A stretch of 64,000 nucleotides of DNA, from the NCBI GenBank assembly GCA_963666275.2, contig CAXXOA010000003.1, positions 224,001 through 288,000 of the forward strand, in the 5' to 3' direction. Below, piece after piece: positions 48,797-57,474 of this stretch. Numbering within the stretch: position 1 is the first letter of the stretch; each line of letters opens with the position of its first letter. The notes below the pieces were generated by a model. That model made no database searches, was not told where the DNA came from, and was given only the letters and a program-made list of their open reading frames with translations. This stretch comes from Oceanispirochaeta sp. Lineage in GTDB: Bacteria; Spirochaetota; Spirochaetia; DSM-2461. Made by a program: the position numbers and the translations under genes.

Positions 48797-49516
48797 CTAT
48801 ATTTCAGAATATTTTCTTCTAATGCTATGTAAGACTTCAAATCCAATTTGCCTCATAGCTGGAAGATGAGGTTTTGAGTCTATATCTGAGAATACAAGTG
48901 TTTCTGGTTTTGTAATATCTCCTTTGTATGTTCGGATTCCAGTTTTATTTGTCTTTGATAACTCATAGTATTTTTCATCTTGTTTAGGATCGACATGAGC
49001 ACCACCATCAGTATCAGCCATATGAAGAACTAGTTCTTCTCTTGTGTATGTTATTGTATCAGAATCTACTAAAATTACTTGATTCCACCAATTTTTAAAT
49101 TCGATAAAATTCCAAGGCCTACTTTCTTTAAAATTTTCTAATGCTGGTTCAAATTTAAAGGTCAATGATTCAGGATTTTTGCTAATTTTTTGCATTGTTA
49201 GTGGAGATGAAAACATTTTTACTCCTGTCTCAACAATAGGTATAGCAGTATTAAGCATCATTAGATTGGAGTCAATTATTGATAATAAAGACTTACTATT
49301 TTTTGTATCATGAAATAAGATTCTAAGTGTTAGAGCTATTCTTTTTGATTCTATAAGATTCCCCTGATCAAATGAATTGCATGATGTATCTAAAAATGTA
49401 ATTTGCTCTTTTAAGGAATCTAGCAGATCTTTTGAGGTTAAGGGTCTTTTTCCCAAGCAACATCTTTTATATTTAATTCCGCTACCACATGAACATGAAT
49501 CATTTCTACTAGTCAT
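48797..49516 (-). CDS. Cassette protein with N-terminal SEC-C zinc motif
   Basis: SRNDSCSCGSGIKYKRCC; C-terminal MADTDGGAHVD. Confidence 0.8.
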   Translation of the reverse strand: MTSRNDSCSCGSGIKYKRCCLGKRPLTSKDLLDSLKEQITFLDTSCNSFDQGNLIESKRIALTLRILFHDTKNSKSLLSIIDSNLMMLNTAIPIVETGVKMFSSPLTMQKISKNPESLTFKFEPALENFKESRPWNFIEFKNWWNQVILVDSDTITYTREELVLHMADTDGGAHVDPKQDEKYYELSKTNKTGIRTYKGDITKPETLVFSDIDSKPHLPAMRQIGFEVLHSIRRKYSEI

Positions 49517-49679
49517 AATAAAACACCTTTATTATTAATAATTTAAAATAAGCTTGCAATGTAGTCGGACCCTACCCTTTTGCTATATAACATTCTTTTA
49601 TGCTGCTGCTCGTTAAGTTGGCGTGGTCATTGCGCATTGCAATGAGCATGACAATAGAGCAGACAGTATCAAAAGCTTG

Positions 49680-51811
49680 GTACGCCTGACATGGCAATAA
49701 ACTTATGAGGTGAAAGTCCTCTACAGCTACCCACGTATAGTAAACATGCTATACCAACTGTTAGCCGACGGCAAGGGCAATTCCGTGAGGAATTGTCTGG
49801 AGGAAGCCTGAGTGCAAAACCGGGAGCCCATGCACAAGAATGTGATAGAAGGCCCAGTTCCGGAGGCGAGTCAGCCAATGATGACGATGCCCCGTGGGTG
49901 AGGGATAGGGTAAATCACAGGGTTGTCCGACCCTGGTCGTAAACTTCGTTTACTGCTCGGGTATGCATCCGAGGAAAGTTTATTGTCTTATTCGGGAACC
50001 GAAAGCCGTTTCGGCTGGAGGTTTTTATTCAAGCGGCATGGCCGTAACCTTAACGAACACAGATCGAAGCAGCTTGCTGCGTAGATCTTTATTCGGGGAG
50101 ATCTGTCTGCAAGGCGGTAACGGCGGTTTGACCGTGAGAATCCGGAGGATACCGGGGTAACAAATCCAGGCCTATCAGGGGATGACACTCTGATAAGGAG
50201 CCGTTTATACGGAACACAAAGAAGTCGTCACAGCGATTCAAACCGGATGATACAGCGTCAGCAGGAGTAATTCTACTGATAAGCAGACAGAAGTCAGCAG
50301 AAGGCATAGTAGCCAACGCCCGGAGTAATGTCCGGTTCATGGTGAAGGTCTGAACATTTCACAAGGAGGAGCCTTATGGTTCTCAAAGGAACAATTTCAG
50401 TTTATGCCGGAATCACTTTTGGCGGACCATGGAGAAACCAGCCTTGAACGAATCTATGATGGATTTGATTTTATCCTCTGAAAATATGCACAAAGCCTGG
50501 AAACAGGTCAAACGCAATGGAGGTAGCCCTGGAATCGACGGTATCACTGTCGAGAAGTTTCCAGGATATCTGAAAACCAGATGGCCTAGAATCAAACGAG
50601 CTTTGCTCAACGGGTACTATGTACCTTCTCCGGTGCTGAGGGTAGAAATCCCGAAGAAATCCGGAGGAAAACGGATGCTGGGAATCCCGACAGTTCTAGA
50701 CAGGGTTATCCAGCAGGCTATTTCACAGGTTCTGAATCCCATATTTGATCCGGATTTCTCGGAGCATAGCTATGGATTCAGACCGGGAAGATCGGCTCAC
50801 GGAGCAGTGAAACAGGTAAATCAACATGTCAAATCCGGGTATAGATACGCCGTGGATCTGGACTTGGAAAAGTTCTTTGATACAGTTAATCATGATATCC
50901 TGATGCATTTTGTGGCTGTAAAAGTCTGGGACAAATCTGTCCTCAGACTCATCGGCCGTTACCTGAGAGCCGGTATTCAGTTGGACAATGGAAAAGTGAT
51001 TCCTACAGACATCGGCACACCCCAAGGCGGGCCCTTATCACCTCTGCTTTCCAATATCCTCCTTGATCGGTTGGATATGGAACTGGAGAGAAGAAATGTG
51101 AGGTTCGCACGGTATGCAGATGACACTATCCTTTTAACGAAGAGATTGTGTGATGCTAGGAAGATCCTACAGGAAGTTTCAATATTTCTGGTAAGGAAAT
51201 TGAAATTGGTAGTGAATCAGGAGAAAACGAAAGTTGCAAAGATAAGGGAGTGCAGTTTCCTGGGATTCACATTCAAGGGTAAGAAGATTCGCTGGACAGA
51301 GTCGTCCTTTGAGGATTTTCGGTATCATCTGAAATATCTGACAAGGCGTTCCTGGGGTGTTTCCATGGAATACAGAATCGGGAAACTCAATGAGTATATC
51401 CGGGGCTGGATGAACTACTATGGGATCTCCCAATATTACAGCCCTTTACAGAACCTTGATGACTGGCTCCGTAGGAGGATTCGCATGTGTTACTGGAAAC
51501 AGTGGCGATATCCCAGAACGAAAGTCAGGAAACTGATGGAACTGGGGATTCCGAAAGATTTTGCCATTATCACCGGTGCCAGTAGTAAATCCTATTGGCA
51601 TCTCTCCAAGTCTTACGCTACCAATGCAGCTATGTCCAATAAATGGCTGGAAGAGCAGGGATTGGTCAATATCAAATATCTGTGGTGTAAAGCCCAGGGA
51701 TATATCTGATCAAATCAGGATTTCGTTTGCTCCATGGAGTGAACCGCCCCGTGCGGACCCGCATGCGGGGTGGTGTGGGGGCTGGAGGTTAAAAGCCTCC
51801 GGCTACCCGAT
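49680..51811 (+). mobile_element. Group II intron copy 2, 2132 bp
   Basis: Same ends (GTACG...CCCGAT) and same RT as copy 1; 66 nt shorter in the 5' ribozyme region. Confidence 0.93.
50429..51709 (+). CDS. ltrA: Group II intron reverse transcriptase/maturase
   Basis: Protein identical to 46519-47799. Confidence 0.96.
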   Translation: MEKPALNESMMDLILSSENMHKAWKQVKRNGGSPGIDGITVEKFPGYLKTRWPRIKRALLNGYYVPSPVLRVEIPKKSGGKRMLGIPTVLDRVIQQAISQVLNPIFDPDFSEHSYGFRPGRSAHGAVKQVNQHVKSGYRYAVDLDLEKFFDTVNHDILMHFVAVKVWDKSVLRLIGRYLRAGIQLDNGKVIPTDIGTPQGGPLSPLLSNILLDRLDMELERRNVRFARYADDTILLTKRLCDARKILQEVSIFLVRKLKLVVNQEKTKVAKIRECSFLGFTFKGKKIRWTESSFEDFRYHLKYLTRRSWGVSMEYRIGKLNEYIRGWMNYYGISQYYSPLQNLDDWLRRRIRMCYWKQWRYPRTKVRKLMELGIPKDFAIITGASSKSYWHLSKSYATNAAMSNKWLEEQGLVNIKYLWCKAQGYI

Positions 51812-53839
51812 TTATATCTCACTTTCCAATGTCCTTATTTCATCCTCTAAAAAAAGAATTTCCTTTTCTTGTTTGAGTTTTGTCTCATTACTAAAGTTAT
51901 TTCTTTTAAATATTTTCCTTAATATATTCTCATTTTTACGTGATAATATTTTTTTAATATTTGGAGTTCGTTCTTTTATTATGATAAAAATTAGAGAAAG
52001 AATATGAGGAGAAAAGGATAATAGAGTTGCATACTTCTCGACACTATTCCAGTTTATTCTTTTAATTGCTAAAAATGAAATTAAGTAAATCATAACTATT
52101 GTAAAAACTAAAATATGTTTTCTTCTATTAATTCTTTTATTAGCTAAGGCTCGAAGTTCTTTTTCATCATTGAGGGTTTTACTGAAATCAACTTTTAGTT
52201 TTTCTAGTAATATTTTTTTAGAACTGATTGAGCTTTTCGTTGCTTCGATGTATTTCAATTCTAAGTCACTCATTGATTGTTGAAGTTTACTATTCTTATC
52301 TTTATTGAGCTCTGCTTCCTGTTTAAAATGCTCTTCTTGAATAAGATATTTTTCTAAAGAATCTTCTGTAATATTAACCAATACTTCTTCAGCATTATCT
52401 TCATTAAGTATTTCTGGTTCTTTTCTTTTTTGTCTTAGATCATTAATACGATTATGCAATGTTTCTTTTGAAACTTTTTTTTGGTTAAACAGATTTTTTA
52501 CTTCTTCATACTCTTCATTAATAGAATCCCCTAAGTGTGCTGAGAGTGTTATTTTAGCTTTATTGACTACATCTACAGTATAAGGAGAATCCTGTTTACC
52601 AAAACCTTTATTCATTTTGAACCAGAATTTATTTACAAGAAAATCAAGATCTGTTGCTAAAGGGATTCCATTTTCTTCCCTAAATGATTTTGCTTCGTAG
52701 GAAATTTTAAGAGTAGTTGAAGTTCCCGTTAAAAGTATGAAGCGGGCATCCTCAAATCTATAAACAGTGGAGTTTTTCCTCAGAATATTTATATAATTTA
52801 AAAATCTAACATTATCCCTTATATCATCAAAGTCTTTTTCTTTCTCAATTTCTTCTATCTTATCCGAATCAATTAGATTATATTTATGATTTTTTTCTGA
52901 AAAATAATCTGACTCATCATCTTGAAAAATCCTATTTGTTTTGAGTAATAAATATAAATCAGATTTTTTTGTAAGTATATCTGATTTATCCTTAGCCCCA
53001 TTAAGAATTGAAGCCATAGCTGTATGTCCAGGTTTTAAGCTTTTTGTTCCCTGTTTTATTTTTTCAGCAATATAAAAGTAGCCTTCAACCTCATCTTTAA
53101 CTTCTTGGAAGTATTTTAAATGGATTTTTTCAGTTCTTTTATTAATTTCCTTAATATATGATAGTAAAGTATTAACTTGTCTTTTAAATATTGGTCCATT
53201 ATAACCAGCTAAATGAAAAAGTATTTCAGTATCCAAATATATGGTGAGTTCAGTATCCCAGGAGCCCATAAGTGAAGGATCTGTATATTTTATACCAGAG
53301 TATAGAACTACTCCTTCTTTTATACTTTGAAGATTATTATTAAACGCTTTATTCTTTTCATTCAAGATAATAAAAGTACTTATATAGTCTGAGTACTTAA
53401 ATCCATTTGTATTAAATAAAAGAAAATTACAAAATGAATTTGAAACATCCAATTTTTGGACATCAGAAAGTTTTGATTGTTGTTTTTCTTCGATAAAACA
53501 TATCAGTTGATCAATAATTGAATCAGTTTCATCAGTAACTGTTTTTTTCAGTTTTAAGATTTTAGAATTGGATTCAGCCTTTGAAATCACATTATACATA
53601 CCATATGATTTTTCTAAAAAATCAATTTTTTTAAGAGATGTTTTCACAACTGATAAAGGTAAATCGAAACTAAATTCTTCATTTATTTTTGTAGTAATCT
53701 CTTCAATGTTAAATCTATGGAGATTATTTATTATGATAGATTCTTTAGCGAACTGACGAACTACATCATAAATATCATGATCCTTTGCATACAATTCTTT
53801 AAAAATTACATATGAAGCTAAACACTTGTGATCTTTCAT
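51812..53839 (-). CDS. Cassette protein: PIN-like domain, coiled coil, two C-terminal TM helices
   Basis: 675 aa; IYLDTEILF resembles PIN strand 1; charged helical region; hydrophobic ILVFTIVMIYLISFLAI and LLSFSPHILSLIFIII. Confidence 0.65.
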   Translation of the reverse strand: MKDHKCLASYVIFKELYAKDHDIYDVVRQFAKESIIINNLHRFNIEEITTKINEEFSFDLPLSVVKTSLKKIDFLEKSYGMYNVISKAESNSKILKLKKTVTDETDSIIDQLICFIEEKQQSKLSDVQKLDVSNSFCNFLLFNTNGFKYSDYISTFIILNEKNKAFNNNLQSIKEGVVLYSGIKYTDPSLMGSWDTELTIYLDTEILFHLAGYNGPIFKRQVNTLLSYIKEINKRTEKIHLKYFQEVKDEVEGYFYIAEKIKQGTKSLKPGHTAMASILNGAKDKSDILTKKSDLYLLLKTNRIFQDDESDYFSEKNHKYNLIDSDKIEEIEKEKDFDDIRDNVRFLNYINILRKNSTVYRFEDARFILLTGTSTTLKISYEAKSFREENGIPLATDLDFLVNKFWFKMNKGFGKQDSPYTVDVVNKAKITLSAHLGDSINEEYEEVKNLFNQKKVSKETLHNRINDLRQKRKEPEILNEDNAEEVLVNITEDSLEKYLIQEEHFKQEAELNKDKNSKLQQSMSDLELKYIEATKSSISSKKILLEKLKVDFSKTLNDEKELRALANKRINRRKHILVFTIVMIYLISFLAIKRINWNSVEKYATLLSFSPHILSLIFIIIKERTPNIKKILSRKNENILRKIFKRNNFSNETKLKQEKEILFLEDEIRTLESEI

Positions 53840-53861
53840 TTCTTCCCCATTTTTTATGTAG

Positions 53862-54035
53862 ATATAACACTCTGATCACCTGCGCCCCGGCCTGGCCGCA
53901 GGACAGGTATTGGCGTTCTTCTTGCCATCATGGTAAAACATCTTTACTATATTGAGAAGCGATTATTTACTATTGAGTTGAAATATCAGCAAGAAGTATG
54001 ACAATAGGGGTGTCAGGTGCATCAGCATGTTATGT
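53862..54035 (-). other. attC site 3 (174 bp, intact)
   Basis: Minus strand ACATAAC ATGCTGAT g CACCTG a CACCCC ... GGGGCG CAGGTG ATCAGAGT GTTATAT. Confidence 0.9.
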
Positions 54036-54167
54036 GAGCGTCCTTGCAGTAGTTTTGCCCCGAGCGAATATTACACTTAACAGATTATAATCTGAATTCT
54101 GTCTTCATTTGTATTTTAATGGTAATTTTAAGATATGCTTTATGATTATTGAGAAATAGGAAGTCTG

Positions 54168-54746
54168 ATGCAAAAAATAAATATTTCATTGATATTTTTC
54201 TTTCTCTTCTGTTTTTATTCTTGGGGTGAAAGCAGAATTGATGAATATCGTAGGAATTATAGTACAGCTATTATTAGCAATGATACGGAAATTATAGAAA
54301 ATACACTTTCTTTTATAGATAAATTAATCGATCAAAATGAATTTAAGGATATCTCTAGTATTTATTACAACAAAGCTCAATTGCTTAATAAGCTTAAAAG
54401 AACTGATGAAGCTATAGAGGCATTGGAGCATCTGGAATTCCCATTAAATAAATTTTATCAAGCTTCACTATTCGTCAGGATTGGACAAGAAGAAGATGCA
54501 ACAAGCTTATTTGATTCTGTTATTAATTTGTACTTAACTACTTTGAAAGAAGACGAAAGAACTAGAGACAATATACGTTCTTTATATGAAAGTATCATTT
54601 TAGCTAATATCTTAGCTGATAGAGATCAAAGACAAGTTGAAAAGATGATAAGAGATGACATAAGGCTTAGCGATTCAGATATCACTAGATTAAATAAAGC
54701 AAAAGAAGCTCAAAAGGATGCTTTATTGCAAGGGTTATGGCCATGA
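54168..54746 (+). CDS. Exported TPR-like hypothetical protein (antisense to array)
   Basis: Signal peptide; YYNKAQLLNKLKRTDEAIEAL TPR-like helix pair. Confidence 0.7.
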   Translation: MQKINISLIFFFLFCFYSWGESRIDEYRRNYSTAIISNDTEIIENTLSFIDKLIDQNEFKDISSIYYNKAQLLNKLKRTDEAIEALEHLEFPLNKFYQASLFVRIGQEEDATSLFDSVINLYLTTLKEDERTRDNIRSLYESIILANILADRDQRQVEKMIRDDIRLSDSDITRLNKAKEAQKDALLQGLWP

Positions 54747-54871
54747 ATAAACGGGTAGCATTGCTACTGATAACCGGATATCTGTCTACTGCTGTTAATA
54801 TATGATATATTCAAATTAGGATTCTATTACAATGTGTATTTTTAGAGTTAAACGTCATTGAAGAGAGCTTT

Positions 54872-55195
54872 ATGGATCAGAAATTATTTTACAAAAAAAA
54901 ATATCTTTACAAGATATATATGATATTACTATTCTTGAGAATTTCTTCATTTTCAATCTCTGTTTTATGGGTCCTTAGTTCTATAATAATTTTGTTTGAA
55001 CCATTTCTGTCATCGTTCCAAGTTGGTCGTGATGGTTCTATCGCGTTATTTAGTTTTGCGATTGATAATATTGGAAGAAATATCAGTATTTTAGCAATAT
55101 TAGTTACTATAACAATATTTTTTGTCTTCTTATCAAAAGCTTTCAAGAAACGGAACCATGAAATAATTGATTATTGGAGTTTGGGAAGGTATTAA
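54872..55195 (+). CDS. Small two-TM hypothetical protein (antisense to array)
   Basis: 107 aa; two hydrophobic stretches. Confidence 0.5.
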   Translation: MDQKLFYKKKYLYKIYMILLFLRISSFSISVLWVLSSIIILFEPFLSSFQVGRDGSIALFSFAIDNIGRNISILAILVTITIFFVFLSKAFKKRNHEIIDYWSLGRY

Positions 55196-55379
55196 ATGAT
55201 AATTACCGAGATTTATGGTAAATCGGTGCAACGACTTGGGCTTGGATTAAGCAAAATTTTCTTGTTATCAAAATACTTAATACTTCAGCAGAAAATAACT
55301 ACTGCTAAGGTTCAATTTTGTCTAATTTGAAATTTATGCTAACAAATTCCTTCTGAAGATTAACGAAATTTTCGAGTCC

Positions 55380-55551
55380 ACATAACACCAAAATATGCTG
55401 CGCAGCGGCCTGGCTTGCCAGGTATAGGCGCTTTTCTTGCCCCTTTATTCTAAACAGCTATTCCTTATTTGAGAAGAACAATTCCTTTGTCGAAGCAATT
55501 TCTGCAAGAAATGTGATCTATAGCTTCGACTGCATCATTTTTTTGTTATGC
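55380..55551 (-). other. attC site 4 (172 bp, intact)
   Basis: Minus strand GCATAAC AAAAAAAT g ATGCAG t CGAAGC ... GCTGCG CAGCAT ATTTTGGT GTTATGT; central part homologous to attC3. Confidence 0.88.
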
Positions 55552-56047
55552 CGCAGCATTTTGTATGCCCGGAGGCCATGAAAAGGTTGAAGATTTCCAC
55601 AATCGTAGGTGAAGGCGAATTCCCTATATTCTCTACCCATTGCCAGCCGCAACCGGCGTCGATAAGTTAGTAATCAGTGTAGGTAACGAGCCATGAAACC
55701 AGGATCAAAACCCTCATAATCTGAAAAGTTACGATCAAAAAGTCAGGAAATCTACCCGTACAAAATGTGTCGATATAACATAACTTATTATGCTGTTCAG
55801 TATAATAATACTGAACTCCCTTTCACCCCCTGTCAATAACAGAAAAAAAAGAATTATCTAGACATTTACGCAGTGATAACATCCATATCCAACAGTTATC
55901 TAGACGTCTATATAATTCCGGGAATTGTTGCCAGATGGGGGAGCGGAGGGAATATACGTCTGTAAGAAAGGATATTCCGTGAAACCGGAAGAGGGATTTT
56001 TTTTTCCCGGCCGGGAATGTCCCCCGGCCGGGATGGAGTAGACGGGA

Positions 56048-57451
56048 TTAGCCGATAGACTTCCAGGCATGCCCTTCCATCCGGTTGGTCATGCCTCCGA
56101 TTTTTGCAAGATCTTCCGCGGCTGCCTGGGCGTCGGAGAGGATCTTCTCTTCTTTCACCGGGCCTGTGTACTTTCCGGCCTCCACAAGGATTTTGCCGTC
56201 TACAAACACAGTATCCACATTCTTCTCCGACGAGGAATAAACAATGGTGGACACAGGGTTATGAAGGGGGATCGACTTGGCCGAGCGGGCGGGGTTAAAA
56301 ATCAGGATATCCGCTTTTTTCCCCGCTTCCAGGGAGCCTATCTCCTTGTCCATACCCAGGCACCGGGCGGCGTCTATGGTGGCCATTTCCAGAACCTTTT
56401 CGGCGGTCATAATGGTGGGATCACAGCTCACGGCTTTATGGATCAGGGCGGTCATCTTCATCAGTTCGATCATGTCCTGGCAGTTGTTGCTGGCCGCACC
56501 GTCCACTCCCAGGCTCACGTCGATGCCTTTTTTGAGCATCGCCGGGACAGGGGCGGTCCCTGAGGAGAGGTACATATTGCTCACCGTATTGTGGGAAACC
56601 TTCATGCCGTATCGGGCGGCGGTTTTCTGATCCTCTTCGGTCAGGTAGACGCAGTGGACCATAAGGATATCCGGACCGGTGAGGCCCAGTTTTATCATCA
56701 CATCCATATCGGGGACGCCGTGGAGTTTTTCCGCCGCCTGCCTGTCAAAGGGGGTTTCCGAGATATGCACGGTGAAGCCGGTTTTGTAGGTATCCTTCAG
56801 CTCCTTCAGCATCCTTAGGTTCTTTTCCGAGTTGGACCAGATGGCCGCCGGAGCCAGCCACAGACCGATCCGGCCGTCGTAGCTCCCGCTGTACCGGTCC
56901 CACAGGTCGATAAAGTCCTTCTCTATGACAGAGCTCTCCTGCATGATCTGCCGGGGAACGCCGAACTCTTCGCCTGTGTCCATGCAGCCCCGGCCCAGAA
57001 TGCCCCTGATGCCGATGTCGCCCATGGCTTTGATCACCCCTTCGGACAGCCCTTCGGCGGGGTGGGGGTACATGTAGTCCAGAGTGGTGGTTACCCCCGA
57101 CTGGAGGCTCTCCAGAGAGCCTGCCATGGCCGCTTTGTAGCAGTGGTCGGGGGTCAGATTCTTCGCTGCCGGAAAGGTCATGGTGGCCAGCCATTTGTCC
57201 AGGGCCATATCGTCCCCCAGGCCTTTCAGCAGGTTTTGAAAAAGGTGAGTATGGGTGTTGATCAGACCGGGCAGAACAATTTTGTTCCGGCAGTCGATCA
57301 CCCTGTCGGCACCAGCTTCCTCCGATGGAGTCAGATCCCTGACGATCCCTTCAATCCGGTCGTCCCGGATAATAACAGACCCCCCGTAAAGGATCTCCCT
57401 GTCACTGTTCAAGGTCAGAACAATGCCGCCTTTCAGAATCGTCACACCCAT
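56048..57451 (-). CDS. Metal-dependent amidohydrolase (Atz/Trz/SsnA-like nucleobase deaminase family)
   Basis: PGLINTHTH, HISE, VHCV, LGVDG, GSLEAGKKAD. Confidence 0.9.
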   Translation of the reverse strand: MGVTILKGGIVLTLNSDREILYGGSVIIRDDRIEGIVRDLTPSEEAGADRVIDCRNKIVLPGLINTHTHLFQNLLKGLGDDMALDKWLATMTFPAAKNLTPDHCYKAAMAGSLESLQSGVTTTLDYMYPHPAEGLSEGVIKAMGDIGIRGILGRGCMDTGEEFGVPRQIMQESSVIEKDFIDLWDRYSGSYDGRIGLWLAPAAIWSNSEKNLRMLKELKDTYKTGFTVHISETPFDRQAAEKLHGVPDMDVMIKLGLTGPDILMVHCVYLTEEDQKTAARYGMKVSHNTVSNMYLSSGTAPVPAMLKKGIDVSLGVDGAASNNCQDMIELMKMTALIHKAVSCDPTIMTAEKVLEMATIDAARCLGMDKEIGSLEAGKKADILIFNPARSAKSIPLHNPVSTIVYSSSEKNVDTVFVDGKILVEAGKYTGPVKEEKILSDAQAAAEDLAKIGGMTNRMEGHAWKSIG

Positions 57452-57474
57452 AACTCGCCTCCTTACTGTTTATG

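Larger units (their letters stand above)
49585..51817 (-). other. attC site 2 (about 101 bp once intron 49680-51811 is removed)
   Basis: Minus strand ATATAAC AAGCTTTT g ATACTG t CTGCTC ... GAGCAG CAGCAT AAAAGAAT GTTATAT; central part similar to attC1. Confidence 0.87.

Noticed and set aside
45704..51811. Intron duplication as an assembly artefact
   Set aside because: The copies differ by 66 nt plus SNPs, have distinct flanks, and each restores a coherent attC when removed
55773..55800. Chromosomal dif site
   Set aside because: TTATGTTATAT resembles a XerD arm, but the CATAA half-site is 4 bp away rather than 6; kept only as an attI-like candidate
55997..56033. Terminator after the amidohydrolase
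   Set aside because: Strong hairpin, but the T tract precedes it on + and reads as A after it on -, so it is not canonical on either strand
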